37,510 nt of DNA from Bugula neritina (GCA_964035545.1 CAXIUT010000028.1:1-37510), one strand, 5' to 3'. Shown: positions 14,027-27,198, counted from the stretch's first letter. The notes: generated by a model from the letters alone, not told the origin. Translations and numbers: made by a program.

Positions 14027-15450
14027 ATGAAACATAAAATAAATCATAATTTTATTTAATAATGTCAGTCAAGACTTTAGCAGTACTTCAATTCTAACAA
14101 AGTTAAGACAAAGAGCTCAAAGCACAGTTTCTCTTCGGAAGAGAATTGTTCGTAGTAGTTCTTAGCAAAAAGATTCTTAGATGAAAAAGAGCTCAACTAT
14201 GACATCTTTTAGACCTAAATTAGAGCGTTTAATTCAAGAAGGAAAGATATAACATTTAATGAACCAAGATCCTTCAGCTAAGATGAATCTTTTTTACACA
14301 GTATCTATTCATATATTTAGAACCATGTAAACTAACTAGATAAATAACTCGCATCAACAAAGAAATCTTTAAGCACATTTGTTGTGAAATCAAAAAACAA
14401 ATAACAGTCAATTAATAATTTCAAAAACAATATTAAGAAAGCTGAAAGATAAATCCAAATTATCAAAAACGAAGCAAATTCAGCTTCAAATGTATTTCAA
14501 GTATTATCTAGAAACATAATGGGACAAATGACTATCTATCTACTAAAAAACAAGAAAAAGAAATTATATTTTGGGATGAAAAACAGTTTTCTTATCTTAA
14601 AGATCGAGGTTATAAAGATTAGGTCTTTCTAAAGGGAAGGTATTAAGCATATCAGAGACTATTTGATGTATAAGATGATAATAGAAGACTACTTTAAAAG
14701 AGATATCATGAATTGAAGCAGTTAAATAAATAGCTTTGTGGCTATAAAAATGAAGCTGAAAAAATAGCTCGAGAACAAGCCATGGATAAAAATGATTTTG
14801 TTAACTTGGTTGAGATGGATATGGAATAAAGAGATCTTTTGGGTGAATTGAAAGCTGAAAAATATGAACGTGAAGGATAGATCAATGAAATAGCTCCATC
14901 TTTGATTGAAAGAGAGCAATTATAAAAAATATTGGAGGTTCTTTATGCTCATCGTCTTTTATCTGAAATTATCAAGGTAAAAAGTAATAACTTGATAGCT
15001 CGATATGCAAAGGTGAATAGTTCTTACAACTATATAAAATCAAATTCAAACATTATTGAACCAGACAAAATATTAAAAAGAATGTAAGAGCATGATAAAC
15101 TCTATGACGATGCTCTCAAAAGAGTAAATGCTCTTGAAGCCCAGTTAAACACTTTTGAAAAAAATCTTGAAAATTGCATGATAAGTAAAAATTAGATTCT
15201 TTCAAAGTAAGGAGAAGAAGAGCATCTTCCAAAAGATTATTATCAGGGTTTAGAAAAAGATAAATATGAATTATTGATAAGTGAGAAACAAAAATGTAGT
15301 GAAAGAAATATCAATGATGAAGTATTGAGATTGAATATAATGGAATGGGGTAAAAGGATGTTTGGAAAGTATGGAATTAATCAAGGTGATGGAAATAGTT
15401 TTTTGGATTGTTTGACTGATTTAGTGGTCAGAATAAGACAACAAAAATGA
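14027..15450 (+). CDS. Coiled-coil protein (weak resemblance to ciliary dynein docking-complex proteins)
   Basis: Two long frames joined by a 20-nt GTA..TAG intron at 14492-14511, giving 468 codons; E/K-rich heptads. Family assignment is weak. Confidence 0.65.
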
Positions 15451-15530
15451 TTGATTATGATGATAATTATGATATTTAGTATGATTGATTATTTGAATTA
15501 GTAATAAACATTGATTGAAATCTACTAATC

Positions 15531-16877
15531 ATGATCAATAACTATTAGGGGTTGGGGTTGGGGTTGGGGTTGGGGTTGGGGTTGGGGTTCCTAAAGAAAT
15601 AATCAGAAAATAGAATCAAAGGGAATCAAAATAATACTTCGAGAAAATATAAATTACTTATTTTGCTGCTTATTAAAGCTGTTAATAGACAAATGAACCA
15701 GTTTTGGGAATAGTTATGGAGACCTCAGAAGAATACATATATTTTAATAGAAAAAATGATAAGTTTAGTTGATAAAAATATTGCACATTCTGTTTATTTG
15801 AGTTTTGATAGGCTGAAGAAAAATAGTATTAGAAATAAATTTGAAGAAAAAACAATCAAATTCATGATAAATTGGCTTTAAAGAATGCAAAAATATAAAT
15901 TAAAGCATAGTTTCAATAAGCTAATCATCTATAATTAAAGATAAACTTCTGCTTTCATAAATAAGACGCTTAAAGAAAGAAATTATAATTTTGGTCGAAA
16001 GATTGAAGTTCTTTTCAAAAGACACAAAAAATAAGTTATGGAATCGATAGTTAGATTTGCTAAATTTGTTAAATCATATAGTAAGGTAAGAGTAATAGCT
16101 GTCATTCATAATAGATATATTAAACAAATGAAACAAACAGGTTTTGCAAGATTAACTCGAAACTTGCTAACTAAAAATAATAAGAATAGTAATAATCGAT
16201 AAATGAAATAATTAAAAGGTCAAATTCACAATTTAAGTCTCCAACTATAAACCAAAATTACCAACATAAATCGTCTTTAAAATGAAATCAGTCAAATTAA
16301 AATATAGCAAAGTGCAACTACTTTAGCAAATCTCAACCTTACATGCGGATAACAGGGAGATCGAATTCCAAAAGGAAATGTTAAGAGTACAAAGAGTTTG
16401 AAAAAAATACCTAGAATCCCTTCATAAAGTAGATAAATTCATAACTAAAGTTATGACAATATCAGTATCAATGATATTAGTATTGGTACAATTCTTGGAA
16501 ATTTAAGTAAAAGCCGTGCTGGTTCTATTGGTAAGTATGACAACAGTTGTTAATATAACTGCAACTATAGTATTAAATATAAAAAATACAAGGGAATACA
16601 CTTATCTTTGAAAAATCAATTGGAAATAGTTAAAGAAGAACTAGCTTTAGCAAAAGATCTAAATTAACATTTTACAAATGAAGTTTAACAGTATTTAAGC
16701 GGATCAGCTAATGAAGGAGATTATGATAAGTTAAAATATGATTATAAATTATTACTACAGGAACGAGATGAACTAAGATAGAAATCATTCAAGTATCAAA
16801 AACATATTAATAGCATGAAGACTTAGTTTAAAATAAAGATGGAAGAAATATATCGAAAGGTAAGAAAACAGATGTGA
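15531..16877 (+). CDS. Hypothetical coiled-coil protein, N-terminus interrupted in frame by telomeric repeats
   Basis: ATG at 15531 stays in frame through the tract [(GL)6GF] to TGA at 16875-16877 (449 codons). Alternative start at 15693. Confidence 0.65.
15548..15589 (+). repeat. Internal telomeric tract 1, (GGGGTT)7
   Basis: 42 nt of perfect repeats. Confidence 0.97.
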
Positions 16878-16913
16878 TAATTTATCAATATGAGTTTCAA
16901 AAAGTAGATAATA

Positions 16914-19900
16914 TCATTTCATTATGTATTTTTGGATAAGAGTTTCCTTGAAACTTGAATTTGGTATCTACTATAAAGCTTTCTGAATCGGATATCCATG
17001 ATCTAGTAACATAAAACATATTCCTGCTGATAAATTTTTATAAGCATAAGCAAAATAACTTAACTTCTATTCTTCAAAAAGGGGTTGGGGTTGGGGTTGG
17101 GGTTGGGGTTGGGGTTGGGGTTGGGGTTGGGGTTGGGGTTGGGGTTGGGGTTGGGGTTGGGTATTTTATTGATTATCTTTTGCCTCAATATTGATATTTT
17201 TATCTAAAAGATAAAGAATCGAAAAGAAATTATTTTTTTAACAAGCGTAATGAAGAATAGTACGTTTAAAAGCATCAACAAGATTGAGATTAATATCTTT
17301 ATGACTGATCAGTATTTGTAGAATTTATACCTTTTACAGTGACTAGATGGTGGGCTGTTCGTTGATTTCACAGAAACAATAAAAAATAGGTGAACGGTCA
17401 TATTTATCTAATGCATTTATTTTACATCCATAATTTAAAAGCAATTTTGCTATTTCAGGAGTACTATCAATATTTGTTGAATGAATAACCAAATGATGCA
17501 AAGGATTTCTTTTATCCATATCTTGAAAATTACTATCTATTCCTAACTGTAAAAGATACTCTATTTATTCAACAGTAAAAGATTTATTATTCTTTATTAT
17601 TTATATCAAAGGATTTTAATTTTTAGTTGAACAAAAGTTAATTTCACTCTTATGTCTTCTTAAAATCTAGATAAATTAGTATTGGCTATTCAAAGATGAG
17701 TATAAAATAGGTAAAGCTTTGAAAGAGTCAAAACAGTTTGGATTTAGTCCATTTACTAGAAGATATTCTAGTATATTTTATGAGATGTAGTCGTTATTTA
17801 ATGTTAGTTTTGTATCCAGAATATTTCCTTTATGATTATGTTGACAAAAAATGTGAAGAGGAGTCATTAGCTGAGAATTTGTAGCATTAAAATCTCTTAT
17901 TTTAGGTTTAAAGAAGCGAATCAGTTTCAGAGAAGGAAATTTCATAATCAAATGTTGTATTCCCCATTTCTTGTACTGCTAAGAAACTATGTTTTTGCGA
18001 TCTGCAACTTGAGCATTTACATCACAACCTAATTCAAGAAGAAAATCAAGAACATGAATATATTTTTCTTCAAATTTAAAGAACTATTCAATAGATTTTT
18101 TCTAAGCTTAAAATTGAATATTAATAACTTTACTTTTCTGTTATTTTTTATTTTATAAAATATTAATATATTTTTTGACTGATTTTCTAAAACTTTTATT
18201 TGCATTTTCTACAAAAGCCTTAACAAAGAATAAAAAGAAATCGAATCCATGATGATCTATTTTCTTGATATTATTTTTAAGTTCATTTAAACTACATTAT
18301 TTCAATTTTTTAAACACAAAAGATAACTCTTATAATCCTCTACAAGCAAGACAACTCAAACTATGCAATATGTTACTTCCACTTGAAGGCTCGACTTAAA
18401 ATGTTATTTTACCTGTTAACAGCTTCTGTAATCCGACGAGATTATTGTTTTCAATGCAAAGTTGAAGAGGAGTTTATCCAAAGAAATTTTACTGATACCC
18501 ATTTAACTATTCTTCAATAACAAAAATATTGATTAACTCTTCTTGAATCCAATAAAGCTATTATTTGATTTAAGGTATAGTCAGATAAGTTTCTTATCTC
18601 CTTATTTTGATATATTATTCTTCATTCATCTCACAAATAACATGCAAATAACTGTTGCCATTGCTTTTCTCTTGATATTCTATGTCGCTCATCATTTTAT
18701 CTTTTATATATCTGATGCATTATAGATACTATGGAGTTCCTCTAATATTAGATAGTGCAAAATATAAAGGATCTTAGGTAAAGTCTAAAGGATAATCTGG
18801 TTCTAATAGCTTTGCAGCACCTAAATGTCCCTTAAAAATGGCTATCTACCATGGATATAATCCCTTTTTATTTTTACTTTGTTCCTGTCTATCTCTTAAT
18901 ATCATTATGGCTTCAATATTTCCATAGGCAGCAGCATAGTGTAGCAAAGAATTTTGACTAGAATCAACTCTTTCAAGTCTACAACCATTTTATATCAATT
19001 TAACAAAACAATCATTATTATTATTTCTAATAGCTACCATTGTTGGTGTCTTTTTGAATTTGTCGTGAGAAGTATAGGGCAATATTTATTTTTTTAGCAT
19101 TAAATCCATGATTACAGTGTTACCTGTGCCGGCCAAAAGATGAAAAATATCTCCCTTATCTTTAGTAAGAGCCCATAGGTCAACATGTGGATCGTTTATC
19201 AGAAGTTAAATACATTCTATGTTATTTTGAAGAATAGCATAGTGAAGAGCAGTATAACCTTAATCACTTTTAAAGTTGATATAGTGAGAATCCCGTACTT
19301 TCTATAATATGTACTATACATTATAGAAAATTCCTTAGAGGCAAGCTAGCATAAGAGGAGTAATTCTCTTTTTATCATAATCCTTAAGCTATGCTCCATT
19401 CTAAACTAAAATACTTAAATTTTAATTATTAGTTGATAATGAGGCATAATGAATAGGTTTTCGGCCAATATTATCTTCTACATTGATAATATCTGTAAAT
19501 ATTAATAAAAGTTTTCTCAAAAACTAAGAATTCGAGGCAATTGCAGCTGCATGAATTGGCGAACAGAAGTTACTTCCTTTATTATGCTGAATCAGGTTAT
19601 ACTTTTTCAATTGATTTATTATCGGTAAGTTTCCAATCAAAAGATCGTAATGTTCCTGTGAAAATTACTGAGGATTTCTATTAGGAGAATATATCACCTA
19701 TCTTAACAACATTTCTGAAGCTATATAGTTACCACTTCTAATAACACTTGTAATATTATTATAAATTTAATTTTTTAGTTCTAGATCGCTGAATAAAATT
19801 GAAAGAATATGTTACACTTAAGATTGTTCTCTAGGCAAATTAGCAATAATTCTTTCTACAGTTATTTATTTCCACCATAAATCTTTTATTTTATAACAAT

Positions 19901-21090
19901 CATGCAAAAGAACAAGATTTCCTTCTTTACCTGTCTTCGATAGACACTATTTCAAAGTCTTTGTTTAAAATCTATTTTTATCTATCATATGATCAACCTT
20001 CCAAGGAGGACTATAGTAATATTTCACATTCTCACTTATAGATAATAGTTGTTAAAGTGATTCCCAGTCGCCTAATTTGATGGCTGTAATAATCAGATTA
20101 GATTTATTTTCCAAAGTAAGGTCTTAAAATACATTTGCCAAGATATCCATATTTTATTCTACATTAGTTTAATTTTAAAATATCTTTTTCTTGAAGACTA
20201 GTTGTTTACATCTTGAACAACAATTTATATATTATAATTAGTCTACTTAAGGTCGAATTATCTATAATTGAACAAACTATTCTTAAATTTAGTTGTCTTA
20301 GTTTATACTTTAGATTGAATTAGCTCTATTCTTAGATCCTGGTGGTCTTCCTTTCTTTTAAGAAGATTATCTGCTTACTCATGCATAAGAAGTTGATTCA
20401 TTAGTTTTATTTTATTCTTGCTTCCTTTAGGCCTCCCCTTACCCCTCTTACCGAAAGGAATCGACTATATTCCATATTATATCTTGATTGTATGATTGAA
20501 ATCTTTCATTTTATTTTTACTCCCTTTGGGTCTCCCTTTACCCCTTTTGCTTAATCCACTAACACTCATTTTTAGTTCCAAAGGCGGTTCTTCTTTCATT
20601 TGTAAAGTTTATTTTAAGATAGTTTTTTTATTTTTGGAGCCTTTAGGTCTTCCCCGACCTCTATGCTCTGGATTGTTGTTGGAACTTGAATAGCTTTCTT
20701 CAATTTTAATATTTTAAAGTAATTACTCTTCTTTTTTATTTTATTCATTCATTTACTCTATCTATTCATCTTCATTTGAATCTTCTTATTCTTCTTGTTC
20801 TAAAATCAAAACATGCTTTTCTATTTGGCTATAATGGATCATAGGGATCACTATGTGATTGGCATCTTCATAGCATTTGATTTCTAGTTTGCTAAGATGT
20901 GAGATCCTCTGCATGCTGATCTTATTGATACTTTAAAAGGCAACTTCTTTTTAATTGCGGTAAATTTATCTTAGGTATTTGGCTGCGTTAAAGAAGAGGT
21001 ACCTTATTTGCTTTGAGAATTATTGGATAAGAGGAGTTGTATATTTTAAGTTTATTAGTCTTTGAAAAAGTAGATGATGCGACTTTTCAT
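16914..21090 (-). CDS. Large ankyrin-repeat protein with N-terminal AT-hook cluster (one apparent frameshift near 20350; start may be 21162)
   Basis: Many ANK motifs (e.g. DAFKRTILHYAC, GYTALHYAI, NSLLHYAAAYGN). AT-hooks RGRGRPKGSKNK, KRGKGRPKGSKNK x2, KGRPPGSKNR. 20-nt intron 20983-21002. Telomeric tract 2 is read in frame. Confidence 0.75.
17081..17161 (+). repeat. Internal telomeric tract 2 (81 nt)
   Basis: Perfect GGGGTT array ending TTGGG. Confidence 0.97.
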
Positions 21091-21319
21091 GAGAGAAGTA
21101 GTCCTATTTTATTATTTATTTTCAATTTTGAATTAAATTGTTGAAGCACATATCAATGTCATATTTTATAAACTAGACTATACTCAACAATCTTGATATA
21201 TATCATATCATCTATTAAAATGACTATTATTAAGTCAAATAAAACCATTTTGATATCCTCTTATATTATTTCACATTTTTAGATATTTATACAATAGTTT
21301 AATATCATTTTTATTTACA

Positions 21320-22315
21320 ATGCAGGGCGAATAAGCTCCCATAAGTGCTAAAGAAAGAATAGCCAAATTCTAGAAAATGATAGGCCAGTCTAACTCGAAT
21401 CCTGCTGCTCAAACCAATACCTCACCAAATAGAGTTCCTTCTAAACCTATTGAGCAACCTAAAATAGTTAATCCACCAACACAGCCTACAAACAATAGCA
21501 ATCAAGGATCTGTAGAATCATAGATTGTAAGACCAAGTATAGCTAAACAAAATTTTGAAGAAAATATCATAAAAACTCAACCTAACAATACATCTCAACA
21601 ACCATCTATCGCAAAAAAAACATAAACTAATGCTTTAAATATCAATAAAAACCAATTTAATCAACCAAATTAACAAAATCAACCTCATGGATCACAGCAA
21701 TCAACAAACCCAAGTCAAGTCAATATGAAAAGTAATTAAAATGGATCAGTGGATTCTTAGTCAATTCCAACAGCTAATATACTAAAAGCAATGCTCTAAA
21801 AGAAAATATCTAATTCTCAAAAATAACCTTAAAGTCCTAAAAAAAAACCTATGGAAATCTAAAGATCCATCTAACCATCATCAACTTTTCAGCAACCATC
21901 TCAATATAAACCTCAATAAACACCTCAATATGTCCCTCCACCAGTAATTTAATAGTAGAAATATACCCCAGCTGTACAAACAACTAATCCTGGATTTGTA
22001 GAGCATAATGCTAATAAATTAACTAATTTTTTTGAAGGAAAATAAAGTTAAAATATTAAAACTGAGCAATATAATGTTTAGCCACCAAAGCAAGAAACGA
22101 GTCAACAAAATAATTCTCAAAATGTATCTGGAAATACTAATTTCTATGTCCCTCCAGGTATAAATGAACCAGCTAAGACATAATCTAAGCCAGTTTATCG
22201 AGGTTCAGTAGGTCCTCAGGTGAATAATGAGAACAAGGGACCATAAGACATGGCAACAAGATTAAAGAAACGTAAGATGATGGCACGTGTTAGTTTTAGC
22301 AGTGAAGAAGATTGA
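21320..22315 (+). CDS. Low-complexity P/Q/N/S-rich hypothetical protein (331 aa)
   Basis: Clean ATG-to-TGA frame; begins MQGE[E]APISAKERIAKF[E]KM. Confidence 0.75.
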
Positions 22316-22367
22316 TTAATTTGGATAAATTATTTTTAATTAAAATATTATTATATTTCTATCCACA

Positions 22368-22786
22368 ATGGCAAAAGCACCAGTTCAAGGTAAGAAAAGC
22401 AAAGATGCTGTCTTAAAGGCAGCCACCCAAAAGAAAAAGGCCGGAGGAGCAAAGGTACTCCTTAATTTATTTAGAAATGGACCAAGGGTAAAGTAAAATA
22501 AAAAACTGATCACGCAGTCTTTCTTGATCCAGCTACCTATGACAAAATGATCAACACCATCCCTAAGTTGGGAAGACACATTTCCACTTCTCTTCTAGTC
22601 GAAAAGTATAAAGTTGTTGGTTCTATTGCCAGAACTATGCTTAGAAAATGTGCCGAGAATGGCTCAATCAAGTGTGTTGAAGCACACAGCAGACAAGCTC
22701 TCTATACTCCAACTGTTATTATCGAAAAGGTTGCCGAAAAAACTGATGCAAAGGAAACCAAGAAAGAAAAGGGAAAAAAGAAATGA
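22368..22786 (+). CDS. RPS25: 40S ribosomal protein S25 (eS25)
   Basis: GAK|KWTKGKVK[TAA]KTDHAVFLD...TYDKM...IGSIAR-like VGSIAR...HSRQALYT. A 20-nt intron at 22455-22474 joins the conserved KKW motif; 133 codons. Confidence 0.95.
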
Positions 22787-22880
22787 TGTTTCTAGCATAA
22801 TCGTATCTCATTTTACAATATTTATCTCCTAAAAATAGATCTATTAAAATGATATTGATCTTAAATAATAAAATTCATAT

Positions 22881-23328
22881 TCAGAAATGATCATTGACTT
22901 CTTCTTCAAGACGATGAAGATCAAAAGCTTCAGATTGTAAAAAGGCCTACCAGATATCAGGATCTATTTCCATGATTTGAAATAAACCATGAGTGAGGTC
23001 TTAAACTGTGAAATTTATATTTTATTCAAGTTGTTTTTGATTTTTATCTTGAATCGTTATTTTCTCTTTACTGAATATTTTAAAGATTACTTTTTATTTT
23101 ATTTTTTACTGTAGTTTTTTCTCATTAATTTTGGTTGTATTTTGAAAAATCTTTTCTTACATAGAGGGCAGGTGTTTTAAATCTTGATGCATTCAAAAAT
23201 ACCTCTGACCAATTTTTAATACAGGCTAGACAAAAAGAGTGATGACAGGTATCGAGAGTGCCTCTTTATTTAATTTGTTCTAAGCAGATTCCACAACTTT
23301 ATAGATTTTTTTTAAGGCGAGTTTCCAT
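22881..23328 (-). CDS. C3HC4 RING finger protein (putative E3 ligase)
   Basis: CGIC...CHHSFCLAC...WSE|I[TAA]NTCPLCK; the RING is completed only by removing the 20-nt intron 23183-23202. A second 20-nt intron lies at 23071-23090. Confidence 0.85.
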
Positions 23329-23622
23329 AAATTATTAATAAAAATCATTATCTATTAGGCCATTTTTGATAATTAATTTTGAATTCAACAAAGCAGTCCA
23401 TAATAAAGAGTTATTTATGACTTTTATCAATTTTTATTAAATAAAAACAATAATTAAATATTCAAATAATAGTTTGAATAAAAAGAATTAGAAAAAAAAA
23501 CTATTTTAAACTCTACTTCTTCAGGTAATTTATCTGGTTGATAAATTATCTAAAGTTCTTAAAGTTTTATTTATGACGTTTTAATATTAATATTGAAAGA
23601 TGTTTATTATATTTAATCCTAC

Positions 23623-25035
23623 ATGAAGATATATCTCATATTCTTCTTGGTCCTCTCAGTGCTAGGACAAAACATTGGAACTCAAAAAAAAGAATTTCAT
23701 ATCCCTTTCCCCTACAAATAATGCAATAGTGGAGGTTGCCAAACTAAGCAAGCTAGTGTTACCTTAGATTCTAACTGGAGATGGCTTCACAACAATGAAG
23801 GTTATTCTAACTGCTTTACAGGAGTTTAATGGAGTAAATAATTTTGTCCTGATCCTCAAACATGCACCAAAAACTGTGCATTAGATGGTGTACCTCCTGA
23901 AGATTGGAAAAATCCCTATGGCACTAAATAAGTTCCAAATGGAATTGAAATGCAGTTAGTAACACATGGTCAATATGGAGACAATGTTGGTGCTCGAGTT
24001 TATTTACTTTAAAACGATGATAAGTATAAAATGTTCAACCTTTTGAACAAAGAGTTTACCTTTGATGTTGATGTATCAAACCTAGAATGTGGAATCAATG
24101 GAGCTTTATACTTTGTAGAAATGTAATCTGATGGAGGTAAGGCTAAATATCCTGGAAACAAAGCTGGAGCTAAATACGGTACTGGCTACTGTGATGCCCA
24201 ATGCCCTCATGATATGAAGTTTATCTGGGGAGAAGCCAATTGCAAAGATTGGAAAGATGATAAGGGACACTATGGTACTTGCTGTGCTTAATTTGATGTC
24301 TGGGAAGCAAATAAGCATGCTAATGCCTACACTGCTCATCCTTGTAAAATCGCAGGTTATCATCGATGTGAAGGTAGTTAATGTGGAGATGGAGCTCAAA
24401 GACAAAATGGAATTTGTGATAAAGATGGATGTGATCTCAGTCCTTTCAGAAATGGACATCGAAACTTCTATGGTGCAGGAAGTCAATTTAATATTGATAC
24501 TACTAAGAAATTCAGTGTTGTTACTCAGTTTATTACTGTAGATAATACTGATCATGGAGAACTATCTAAAATATCAAGATTCTATGTTCAAAATGGTAAA
24601 AAAATACCTTTCCCTTATATGAATGTTTCAGGAGTTGATCCTTACAACTCAATCACCAACAGTAACTGCGCAAAACAGAAGAAAGCATTTGGATAACCTC
24701 CAAGTTTTGCTGATAAAGGTGGAATGAAAGCTATGGGAGAAGCATTCAAAAGAGGAATGGTCTTAGTTATGAGTTTATGGGACGACCACGACGCCAACAT
24801 GCTCTGGCTTGATGGTGACTATCCCCTAAACAAAAATCCAAATGACCCTGGAGTAAAAAGAGGTCCTTGCCCAAGAGATTCAGGAAAACCAGCTGACGTT
24901 GAAAGAATGTATGGTGATGCAACTGTTGCTTATAGCAATGTTAAATTTGGAGCAATCAACTCTACATTCCTCTTTGAAGAAGATGGAATAACTGTAAAAG
25001 AACAGAAAGAATCTCTACTTACCGAGGAGGAATGA
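23623..25035 (+). CDS. Secreted glycoside hydrolase family 7 enzyme (cellobiohydrolase-like), no CBM
   Basis: Signal peptide then Q; [45 protein letters not shown], catalytic CCA[TAA]FDVWEAN, CDKDGC, VMSLWDD, MLWLDG, RGPC. 471 codons, intronless. Confidence 0.95.
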
Positions 25036-25060
25036 TTAATCATCTGAAATTTATAAAGAA

Positions 25061-25521
25061 TCATGCACTATCTTCGCTTTTAACTTTTTATATCCTTTTT
25101 TATTTTTACAAAGCAACGAAATGTTCTCGATAGAATCTTGCGAAAGGAGACAATAAAAGTATAACAACCATCCAGTAAAATTGAATATCTATCTTTGTTT
25201 CAATTTATATTGGCATTAGTTTCATGATAGGGGTGAATATGATAATAGCAGTCAATGCTTTTAAATGGTTAAAACTAATCCAGAGTTTGCGACGTTCTCC
25301 CATTTCTTTTGGTTTCATTATAAATGTGTTTATCAGACCTAAATATGAATTATTTTACCTGATATGATGACGAATATTCCTGCTAACATATAGATAGTTT
25401 TATGATCTTTGACTATTTAACCTGTTATTTTAGCTGAAATAATAGCATGGCAAACTGTGACTAGAGAACCAATGTGCAAAACTCTAAAGAAATACTTTAC
25501 CCAAAACATTAAGGGAAACAT
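25061..25521 (-). CDS. Small multi-pass membrane protein (146 aa)
   Basis: About 4 hydrophobic segments; a 20-nt intron at 25339-25358 restores the frame (IISG|LIN). Confidence 0.75.
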
Positions 25522-25836
25522 TTGATCGATAATATCTAAATAATTATTTGAGTTTAAATAAACTTTATTATTTTTTTGAATATAATTCTGAGTAAATAAT
25601 ATTCTTATATAAAATAAATAAAGAGAAATGTTAAGAACATTATAAGATTTATGATCATATTATTTATTGATCTAATTCTTTGATTAATAGAATTTTATCA
25701 AGGAATTTGTCTTTTCGACTCTTTTTGATCTATTTTAGTGTTTGTGTAGGTTGTAAAAAGAGGCAGTTTTTCAATAGATTTTATAAGAATTGCACATTAA
25801 TAAAGCCTCTTTTATTGGAAGATATAAATCTCTCAT

Positions 25837-27144
25837 ATGGGCAAAGAAGAAGGTAAAAGCTCAGCCTCTAAAAATAATAGAATACCAAGATAGATGTTAC
25901 AATGTATCTTTGAGGCTCAAGAGTTTTTAAAGCCAAGAAGGGAAGCGAAAATTGCCAAAGATAAGGACGAAGTTAAACCATCATCTGAAGCTAGCAAAAA
26001 AATTCGAAAACCACGAGCTAAACCTGCTCCTAAGCCACCAGCTAAACCTGAACCTAAGCCAAAAGCTCCAGCTAAAAGAAGATCACATGCAGCTAAAAAA
26101 GTTTCTAAGCCAATCTAAAGAAAAGAGCCATCATCTTCACCTGTTGTTGCTCCAGTGATTCATTCACCACTACCTGCTCCTAGAGTTTAAATTAAACCTG
26201 GCTTAAAATACACTGCTGTAAAAGAAATACCCAGTTATTCATCTTCTTCAGAATAAAAGGTTGATGATATTCTTGATATGGATCTTATCTTTAAATCTGA
26301 AGAAAAGGTTAAAATATCTCTTCCTGCGATGGATGTCTCCTATTCTATGTTAAAACCAGAAAAAACTGACTTATAATTTGATAAGGAAGAAGAAATTGAA
26401 CCATCTCTTCTAAAAGAAATCAAAGCAACATATCTAAAACCTTCCCTAGATATGGAAAATCTTCCTCTACCAGCTTTTGGCTTCGTAGATATTTGCTTTT
26501 GCTTGGATGCTACTGGATCCATGTCAAGCTACTTGGCTCAAGCTCAATCAACTATAAAGTCTATTATATAAAAAATATAAAATAAAGTTCAAACTGAAGG
26601 AATTACTCTTAGGTTTGCAGTTGTAGCATATAGAGATCACTGTGACACAAATATTATTGAGAAAATTGACTTTACTGATGCAGCTGAAGCAATCAGATTC
26701 ACAAATAGGTTAAGAGCTACAGGAGGAGGAGATGAACCTGAAGCAGTTCATGATGGATTAATTGCATCATGTAAATAAATCAATTGGATGGAAGTTCAAG
26801 GAGCACCTGTCCTCCGATATATCTTCCATATATTAGATGCTCCTCCTCATGGAAAAGAATTTGGTGTTTCATAACCTCAAAATGGTTGCAAATGTGGAAT
26901 TAAAACAGATAAAGTTATGAATTAACTTAATGCTTTGGAAATTCACTATAGAATGATCAAAGTCAAAAATAATCCTAGAGTAGATATCACAGAACAAGTG
27001 TTCAAAAAGAAACTTGCTAATTTTGATAGCGCAGATATCAATTATGCAAATCAAATGGATGTAAAAATTTCATAGATGGTTATTTATGAAATGACTCCAG
27101 CCAACTTAACTCCAGGTATGACTCCTGGCATGACTCCTGCATGA
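25837..27144 (+). CDS. vWA domain protein (VwkA-type vWA, no kinase domain) with P/K-rich N-terminus
   Basis: DICFCLDATGSM (MIDAS), FAVVAYRDH, GGGDEPEAVHDGL, IFHILDAPPHG; 436 codons. Confidence 0.88.
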
Positions 27145-27198
27145 TTTATTCCCTTTATTTTCTAAATAATTAAGAATGTTATCATAAATACATAAATA

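Noticed and set aside
24289-24291. GH7 as a pseudogene or catalytically dead E-to-Q variant
   Set aside because: UAR reads as Glu at invariant sites in several other genes.
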